Source: Candidatus Cloacimonadales bacterium (lineage in GTDB: Bacteria > Cloacimonadota > Cloacimonadia > Cloacimonadales > JAFGVF01). Taken from it: DNA of 64,000 nt. The translations under genes were made by a program, and so were the position numbers. Positions 57,060-64,000 of this stretch are shown one piece after another (within the stretch, counting starts at the first letter, position 1; every line of letters starts with the position of its first letter). The notes below the pieces were generated by a model that searched no databases, was not told the origin of the DNA, and saw nothing but the letters and a program-made list of their open reading frames with translations. The DNA lies in assembly GCA_963662585.1 (NCBI GenBank), contig OY759729.1:2688001-2752000 (forward strand), read 5' to 3'.

Positions 57060-59288
57060 ATGAAAAAAATCTATTTTACATTATTATTATTCGGAATATT
57101 TGGATTATCACTATGGTCTAATGAACTCGCAGATTCTCTTAAATTAGAAATTGAATCACTTCCTTTTTCTTACTTAAAAGGCGACAAAATATGGGATTTA
57201 GCTCTACTCCAAGGGAATGAACTCAACCAACCTGAGGAATCCATAAAAAACTATCTGAAAGCTACAGAGATGTTTGTGGAAATGGACTCACTGGCAAGTG
57301 CAATTAAAACCAATAGTAGTGTCTTTATCATGGCATTTAATAATCCTGAATACTTTGAATATTCCAAAGAAGCCTTCCCTCGACATTTAACTTTCCTAGA
57401 TAATGAAAAACTGCAATCTTACAAAACTAAATTATTAAGAGATATGCAAATTCATCTCAATAATGCCTACTTCCTCAAGGATATGGACCATCTTCAAGAA
57501 GGTTTGTTGCTTATCGAAAAGTACTTTGATGATAGAAAAAATGATTCAATGAAAATAGATTTTGACCATCTTCAAATATTAACCATTAATCACTTTTATG
57601 GTGAAGAAAAAGCCCTAAATAAATCTATGGAAATCTACAAAGCTATTGAAAATGGAGATTATAACCTAAACTTTGGTAAAAAAAATATTATGAGAGTTAA
57701 GATTCTCTCTGTAATGCAGAATATTTATTACTATAGGGGAGATATTGATCAATCTAATCAAATCTTAGATCAAGCTAAAACTATTGCTTTTGATGTTTAT
57801 ACTAATTACACCGACAGTCTCTCTGTCTATGAAAAAAATGATTTAAGATCAGATATAGCCCAGTTAATGACTTTAAAGACTGATAATCTTGAAATTAAAG
57901 AAGAAAATTTAACTGCTATTGAAACAGGATATCTTGATGTAAATAAATTTGCTAAAGCATTCGATAAAGATAGAGAAGTTAATAATTATGTAAAAATAGC
58001 TCACGCTTATGATGTAGTTTTTAGTGGAAAACATCGAAAAATTAACTACTACTTAACTAAAGCTGAAAATGAAATAGAATTAGTCTCAAACTCACTTTTC
58101 GTTACTAATTTTTACCTTACTAAAGCAAGATATCTACTCAATGTAAAGGATTATGAAACTGCCGATCTATGCTTCCTTGAGGTCGAAAAATTCATAGATA
58201 AAACAAATCAATCTTGGATTAAATTCAACTATATCTTAGAACGATCAAGGTACTATTTCGAAACTAATCAGCCTAAAATTGGCTATGATATGGTTACGAA
58301 ATTTTATAAAAACATCGATAAAGATTTCTCCAATGATATTGCTGAAAAAACTGCTGAATTGAATAATCTTTTAGCAACCCAAGAACTTAAAAGTGATAAG
58401 ATAAAGTTAGAAAAAGAACTGGAAATTAAATCTCTGAAGAGTAGTAGAGAAACATTAGTAACTACTCTAGTTGGTATAGTTTTAGGCTTTACTTCCTTGC
58501 TACTTATTAATAATGTAAGATTGAACAAAAAATTAAAATATTCTCTCACTACTCAGAGTGAAACACTACAAAAAGAGATGATTATTAGCCAAAAAAGAGC
58601 TGAAGAATTAATCGTAACAGAAAAACTATCTACTACAGGACAGATTGCTTCTTCAATAGCTCATGAAATCAAAAATCCACTTACTAATATTATTACTGCT
58701 TCCAAATTATTAAAACACTCAAATAATCAAGAGGAAATAGATAAATACTATCAAATTTGTGAAAGAAATTCTTGGCTAGCAATCGATAAAGTTAATGCTC
58801 TTCTGGAATATGCTAAGCAGAAGAAGATGAACTTTCAGGATTCTTATCTCAAGACAGTTCTTAAAGATGCTTATAGTCTGACTAAAGGCTCATTAGAAAA
58901 CAAGAACATTCAACTTGATTTAATCTATAAAACCCATGATGATATGGTTAGAATTGATCAAAAAGAGATAGCTGGAGTAATTGTTAATATAATTCTTAAT
59001 TCAATTCAAGCTATGGGTGAGGATCAGGAAAATAAACTAATTGAAGTTATCTTAAGTAAAGAAAATAACAACTTCATTATCGAAATTACTGATAATGGTG
59101 CCGGTATTCCTCAAGAAATTTTATCTGAAGTGTTTAATCCCTTCTTTACTACTAAAGAGAAAGGTACAGGTTTGGGACTTAACTATGCCCAGAAAGTTCT
59201 GATTGAACATTACGGTAAAATTGAAATCAAATCACAAGTTAATAAAGGTACTCATGTGATTATAAAACTTCCTGATAATTTAATTTAA
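57060..59288 (+). CDS. Sensor histidine kinase with a large helical (TPR-like) extracytoplasmic domain
   Basis: Signal peptide, transmembrane helix near residue 470, IAHEIKNPL, NIILNS, DNGAG, GTGLGL. Confidence 0.85.
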   Translation: MKKIYFTLLLFGIFGLSLWSNELADSLKLEIESLPFSYLKGDKIWDLALLQGNELNQPEESIKNYLKATEMFVEMDSLASAIKTNSSVFIMAFNNPEYFEYSKEAFPRHLTFLDNEKLQSYKTKLLRDMQIHLNNAYFLKDMDHLQEGLLLIEKYFDDRKNDSMKIDFDHLQILTINHFYGEEKALNKSMEIYKAIENGDYNLNFGKKNIMRVKILSVMQNIYYYRGDIDQSNQILDQAKTIAFDVYTNYTDSLSVYEKNDLRSDIAQLMTLKTDNLEIKEENLTAIETGYLDVNKFAKAFDKDREVNNYVKIAHAYDVVFSGKHRKINYYLTKAENEIELVSNSLFVTNFYLTKARYLLNVKDYETADLCFLEVEKFIDKTNQSWIKFNYILERSRYYFETNQPKIGYDMVTKFYKNIDKDFSNDIAEKTAELNNLLATQELKSDKIKLEKELEIKSLKSSRETLVTTLVGIVLGFTSLLLINNVRLNKKLKYSLTTQSETLQKEMIISQKRAEELIVTEKLSTTGQIASSIAHEIKNPLTNIITASKLLKHSNNQEEIDKYYQICERNSWLAIDKVNALLEYAKQKKMNFQDSYLKTVLKDAYSLTKGSLENKNIQLDLIYKTHDDMVRIDQKEIAGVIVNIILNSIQAMGEDQENKLIEVILSKENNNFIIEITDNGAGIPQEILSEVFNPFFTTKEKGTGLGLNYAQKVLIEHYGKIEIKSQVNKGTHVIIKLPDNLI

Positions 59289-59607
59289 AAGATCTTGTAT
59301 TTAATCTAATTACCTCCTAAAACTAAGATGATTCAACGCAAAATATAAGTTTGTTTTGTATCACCTATTACATTATTTTAACTAAAAGTACTGTTAATAA
59401 TTATAATTTGTCCACATTAGTAACTTTTAAAGATAAGCGCTCGTAGAAATTAAAAATTTCGTAGTTCCCAAACAATTGTTAAATATAAACTTATAAACAA
59501 ATACCAGTAATAATTATGTCTCTACTGAAAAAAAAGCTTGACTCTGATTATTAATAACTGAAATAATGTTTACAGAGGAAATTTCAAGAATTATAATAGG
59601 AGTTATT

Positions 59608-61707
59608 ATGAAGTTACTAATTACGGTTTGGTTGTTTTTATATATCCCTTTACAAGTATTATGTCAAACCTATCCATCTGGCTCTGGAACATTTGAGGAT
59701 CCATATTTAATCGAGAACTTAAGTAATCTTAAGTACCTGAGTGACAGACAGTATCAAGTTACTAATCCCCCAATTTATACTCCAGGACTATATTTTCTTC
59801 AAACAGCTGATATTGATGCTAGCGAGACCATAACTTGGAATGATGGTGATGGTTTTAGACCTATTGGTAATGCAAGTCTTAGTTTTGAAGGAAACTATGA
59901 TGGACAAGGTTATGTTATATCTAATTTATTTATTAATCAAAGTGGAAATTACTGCGGATTATTCGGGAGGGCAGCAGGAGCAAATATTAGTAACATAGTT
60001 CTTAAAGATGTCTCTTTTAGCGGTTATAAACATGTTGGTGGTCTGGTGGGGTATGCTACTAGTAGAACAATCGTAAGTAACTGCTCTACTAGTGGAACTA
60101 TTTTTGCCAGTGGGGATATTTCTGTTAATGGAGTAGATTCTTTTTGTGGAGGTATCATAGGGACATCTAATAACAGATCTGAAATAATTAATTGTTCTTC
60201 CACGGTTGAATTATCTGGGGTAGATAAAATAGGGGGAATAACAGCGTTTGTCTATAATGATTGTAAGGTCTTAAATAGTTATTATATTGGAAACATTACT
60301 GGAAGAAATTTTATAGGTGGAATCGTTGGTTTTATGAATGGTTTAACTACTGCTCAAATTAAGAATTGCTACTCAGTAGCTAATATTAATTATCAAGAAT
60401 CATCATTTTGTGGAAGTCTAATAGGTGAAAATGGTACTTCTAGTATCGAGTCTTGTTACTTTCTGAATGATGATAACTTCCCAGCAATTGGGCATGATAA
60501 TACTCCTACTAGTTTTGATTCATCTAACTTTCAGGGCTTAACTGAGAATGAACTAAAAACTTCTACAAGTTATATATCTGATGGTTGGGACTTCCTAACA
60601 ACTTGGAGCTTATTAGATCCTATCATCAATAATGGATATCCCTACCTCTATTGGCAAGAAGAAGGGCAACATTCTCTAATTGTAATAGATGATGAAAATA
60701 CTCAAAATATCACTGCTCCAGATCTTAATGTTGAGATAGATTTCACTTCAGCCTTACCTACAGGGACTCAACTTTTGATAAATTTACACGATTCTAATAA
60801 TGTTTCTTGCAATGGCTTATCAAACTCTCAAGAAACTTTAGGATCTAATTTTTGGCGAGTTAAGACAACTTGCACAGATTCCATCTTTTATAATTTAAAA
60901 TTAGATTTAAATGGAATTCAGCTTCCAACGGATTTAGAAGAAGTTAAAATATTTAAAAGAGAAGATGCCAATAGCGATTGGGTAGATGTTGTAGATTTAG
61001 GTGCTGAAGTCACCTGGTTGAATAATACTGTCTCTATTTCAGGATTATCTTCTTTTTCTGATTTTATCCCAGTTCTTGAAGATGCTACCTTGCCAGTCGA
61101 GTTATCTACTTTTACAGGAGATATAATTGATAATGAAACTATTAAGTTGAGCTGGTCAGTTGAATCTGAATCTAATCTATTAGGCTATTATCTGATGAGG
61201 AGTAATGACATTAATCTGGCAAATGCAGAGGTAATCCCCTCATTGATTCAAGCTAATAATAGCTCTCAGACTCATACTTATAGTTTTATAGATCATCCAC
61301 AAGCTAATAATAAAATTCTCTATTACTGGCTCAAGAGTGTAGAACTTAGTAATCAATCAGAATACTATGGCCCTGTTCAGATTATTCTAAATGATGAATC
61401 AGATAACTGCCCTCAAGTAATTTACGGGAATCAACTTAATAGTCCCTTCCCAAATCCCTTTAATCCTACAACCACAATTAGCTTTTCCCTTGCTAAAGCT
61501 CAAAATGTAGAACTGAAAATATATAATATCAAAGGACAAGTTGTCAGAAATTTACTCACAAAGTTTATTGAAGAAGCAAATATCTATCACACAGTAACAT
61601 GGGATGGGAAAGATAATAGTAATAAAGAGCTTAGCTCAGGAACATATATAATAAATATGAAGCTAGATAAAGAGCTGATTAATCGAAAAGCAATATTAAT
61701 GAAATAG
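59608..61707 (+). CDS. Secreted GLUG-motif protein with FlgD-Ig/T9SS-like C-terminal domain
   Basis: GSGTFEDPYLI, FEGNYDGQG, VGGLVG repeats, TLPVELSTF, FPNPFNPTT C-terminal domain; RBS AGGAG before ATG 59608. Confidence 0.85.
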   Translation: MKLLITVWLFLYIPLQVLCQTYPSGSGTFEDPYLIENLSNLKYLSDRQYQVTNPPIYTPGLYFLQTADIDASETITWNDGDGFRPIGNASLSFEGNYDGQGYVISNLFINQSGNYCGLFGRAAGANISNIVLKDVSFSGYKHVGGLVGYATSRTIVSNCSTSGTIFASGDISVNGVDSFCGGIIGTSNNRSEIINCSSTVELSGVDKIGGITAFVYNDCKVLNSYYIGNITGRNFIGGIVGFMNGLTTAQIKNCYSVANINYQESSFCGSLIGENGTSSIESCYFLNDDNFPAIGHDNTPTSFDSSNFQGLTENELKTSTSYISDGWDFLTTWSLLDPIINNGYPYLYWQEEGQHSLIVIDDENTQNITAPDLNVEIDFTSALPTGTQLLINLHDSNNVSCNGLSNSQETLGSNFWRVKTTCTDSIFYNLKLDLNGIQLPTDLEEVKIFKREDANSDWVDVVDLGAEVTWLNNTVSISGLSSFSDFIPVLEDATLPVELSTFTGDIIDNETIKLSWSVESESNLLGYYLMRSNDINLANAEVIPSLIQANNSSQTHTYSFIDHPQANNKILYYWLKSVELSNQSEYYGPVQIILNDESDNCPQVIYGNQLNSPFPNPFNPTTTISFSLAKAQNVELKIYNIKGQVVRNLLTKFIEEANIYHTVTWDGKDNSNKELSSGTYIINMKLDKELINRKAILMK

Positions 61708-61719
61708 TCTTGCTTTTAA

Positions 61720-61855
61720 ACCCGAATGGTTCAGTAGAGCTTTACAGAAGAGTGCAGATTCTTTTAGATAAATATATATACTCTGAGAAATTATGTAGAA
61801 CGCTTTAGCAAATGAATATAGTGCTATTCTAAAAGATTTACTGTGTTATTTGGGT
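61720..61855. mobile_element. MITE-like element, copy 2 (inverted relative to 6295-6456)
   Basis: ACCCGAATGGTTCAGTAGAGC...TACTGTGTTATTTGGGT flanked by TAA/TAA; lacks about 27 nt present in copy 1. Confidence 0.75.
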
Positions 61856-61889
61856 TAAAGAACTTCAATGAAAAGATAAAAGTAACAAC

Positions 61890-61925
61890 AAAAAAAGGAA
61901 GTGGAGATATCTCCTCTTCCTTTTT
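61890..61925. terminator. Bidirectional Rho-independent terminator
   Basis: AAAAAAAGGAAGTGGAG-ATAT-CTCCTCTTCCTTTTT between convergent genes. Confidence 0.8.
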
Positions 61926-61943
61926 AATATCTTTAGAAATTAT

Positions 61944-64000
61944 TTATTTAAGATTGATAAATTTCAAAACCTGAGAATCATAATTTGATTTTACTTTTAC
62001 TAGATATACCCCTGAAGATAAGTCTGAAATACCATTCCAAGTTAGTTGGTGAGGTCCAGCTTCAAGAGCTTGATTCTTAGATACTTGAGCAACTTTTTGA
62101 CCTTTAATATTATAAACATCAATAGTTATCTCAGATTTTTTGGTTAAATCAAAGCTAATATGAGCACTACCCCTACTTAGAGTTGAGTTAAGTGGATTTG
62201 GATAAATAGTAAGATTCTCCATTACACTGTTAGAATCAATAACATCATTACTATTAGGAGTACCTACAGCGAGATCTACTTGTAAAACAGAATTTGCTTG
62301 AATTTCAGCTTTCACATAGACGATTAACTTATCTTCAAGTTCTGCTACTTGGACAAGATTCCCATTAGTTACTGATATTTCTCCGTGATCTGGATTATTC
62401 ATTTCAAATTTAATTAGCAAATCATCAAAGGCAATATTATGCATATTTACTATTTCAGCACTATTTTCATAGACAGTTCCATTATTAGGGAATTCATAAT
62501 TTATTTGAAAATTCTGTCCTGAAGAACCTGCTGATACAGAAGCTAAGGGTTGAAGAACTCCATTGCTTACCTTGATTACTCTATACTTTCTATTTCCATC
62601 ACAAGTAGAACCTGTTTGTAAATCATAAGGAGCTTGATTTATATTACCTTGATCATAATGAATATGACCACTAAGTGCCATATCAACACCTAAATTATTT
62701 AGATTAATTTGATCAGAAAAATCAAAGTGATAGAAAAGGACTTTAGTCTCTTCTTCCGTAGCAACTTCAGAATTAAGCCAATTCATTTGATTATTCGTAA
62801 AACTTTCGTCCCCAAATATACTTGGTAAGTAATCATCATAATTAATATAGCTTTCCATTCCGATAAACTTAACTCCAGCATAATCAAATGAGTAGTTCTG
62901 AGTTCTGTAAGGATAGACACCATTCGGATTCTCTAAGATATCCCAACCAAAGAATTTATACCAATTACTTCGGGAATTTCCATCAGGCATTGGAGTTCCC
63001 TGCCAACCACCAATATCGTGGTTACCTGAAACTAAATATACTGGTGTCTCTAACATGCCTAAGAGGTTTTTGGCAATTGAATAATAGCGAGCATCTAAGT
63101 ACTCTTCTAACTCACCTTCGTTAACAATATCTCCAGTAAATAAGACAAACTTAGGATTCAAAACATTTATATCTTCAATTACTGTAAGAAAATCTTCTAC
63201 TTCAGTCATATCATTATAGTAGTTATTCTCATGAGAAAATAGGTGGGTTGGAAGGTGGGTATCTGTTACATGAATGAAATACCAATCATCTGATGTGTTA
63301 GCTTCAATTTTAACAGCATTTTTTACTTCATCTACTTCAAGAGTAGGAGCATCAACTATTAAATCAAATAACTCATAGAAAGGTAGAAGTGGTGTTTCTA
63401 CAGTAATTATATGTTCCTCTCTAACTGAATCATAATAGGTGCTAACAATATCTAATTCCTGCTGGAAATCTTCATATCGGATAGATATTTCCCAACCAGT
63501 TGTATTAGATGGGGCAGATGCCCAAATTTCGAAGGTTTCGTTAGGATGAGTAATGGTAGGAATAGAAAGTATAGGTCTTTGAACTGTAGTTAAAATATCA
63601 CCTTGCTCTGTTGAAGCAATAGAAATGTTTAAATCTCCAAAACTAAATGATTCTACAGCTTCATCATTCACGGAACATTCGAAAGCAAAGAAACTTGTAT
63701 TGCCCATACCTATTGGATTAAATGATAGATTAAATAAAGTTGAAGCTGAATTAGAAACAGCACTTCCTGAGTAGTCCACTGTAATTGTATTAGAAGTATA
63801 AGAAGATGTGCAATTCGATAAAATCGCAGAGTTATAATCTAATCCTGTGAATTCAACCATATTATTATTATATGATAATTCAATATGGAAAGAGTTAATC
63901 TCTAAACTATCTTGATTAAAGATCTTTAAAGGAACATAAAACTCCTCTGCTTGGTTAATAAAGAGTTCTTCTGTGGCAATAGTAATGGGCATATCTCCGA
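61944..64000 (-). CDS. Secreted metallophosphoesterase with a cohesin-like domain and FlgD-Ig/T9SS-like C-terminal domain; 5' end truncated by the window
   Basis: HVTDTH, FTGD, GNHD, SGHIH metallophosphoesterase motifs; IYPNP..YNIKGQKV..SGVYLVK C-terminal domain; frame is open to the window edge. Confidence 0.85.
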   Translation of the reverse strand, partial: GDMPITIATEELFINQAEEFYVPLKIFNQDSLEINSFHIELSYNNNMVEFTGLDYNSAILSNCTSSYTSNTITVDYSGSAVSNSASTLFNLSFNPIGMGNTSFFAFECSVNDEAVESFSFGDLNISIASTEQGDILTTVQRPILSIPTITHPNETFEIWASAPSNTTGWEISIRYEDFQQELDIVSTYYDSVREEHIITVETPLLPFYELFDLIVDAPTLEVDEVKNAVKIEANTSDDWYFIHVTDTHLPTHLFSHENNYYNDMTEVEDFLTVIEDINVLNPKFVLFTGDIVNEGELEEYLDARYYSIAKNLLGMLETPVYLVSGNHDIGGWQGTPMPDGNSRSNWYKFFGWDILENPNGVYPYRTQNYSFDYAGVKFIGMESYINYDDYLPSIFGDESFTNNQMNWLNSEVATEEETKVLFYHFDFSDQINLNNLGVDMALSGHIHYDQGNINQAPYDLQTGSTCDGNRKYRVIKVSNGVLQPLASVSAGSSGQNFQINYEFPNNGTVYENSAEIVNMHNIAFDDLLIKFEMNNPDHGEISVTNGNLVQVAELEDKLIVYVKAEIQANSVLQVDLAVGTPNSNDVIDSNSVMENLTIYPNPLNSTLSRGSAHISFDLTKKSEITIDVYNIKGQKVAQVSKNQALEAGPHQLTWNGISDLSSGVYLVKVKSNYDSQVLKFINLK

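Overview
AT-rich bacterial chromosomal segment, most likely Candidatus Cloacimonadota (FCB group). This is inferred from five secreted proteins ending in a PNPFNP/FlgD-Ig (T9SS type A-like) sorting domain, including a gingipain-like C25 protein. Most of the window is housekeeping: nth, csp, ygiQ-like radical SAM, envC-like, a tsaC-LMW phosphatase fusion, purL, tag, tRNA-Arg(CCG), mtaB, purN, aspS, pfkA, asnS, PBP1A, ricT, rlmN, deoC, tandem-domain thyX and several signalling proteins. Accessory DNA includes a complete class IIC group II intron (4158-6269) inserted just behind a terminator, with a GUUUG 5' end and apparently enlarged domains III and IVa. It also includes two copies of an ACCC-ended MITE with TAA target duplications, a (TACTC)17 microsatellite upstream of a secreted-protein gene, and three dense stacks plus one inverted doublet of REP-like palindrome families. 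The best candidates for undescribed biology are: (i) a sigma-54 promoter with paired palindromic enhancers driving a PDZ/beta-barrel outer-membrane protein next to a DUF4390-NtrY/NtrX-like module; (ii) tandem secreted-protein genes that share a near-identical sorting domain and are bracketed by REP arms; (iii) extra structured RNA inside the intron; (iv) a DeoC with a putative microcompartment encapsulation peptide and Cys cluster. All calls come from reading the sequence by eye; no searches were run.
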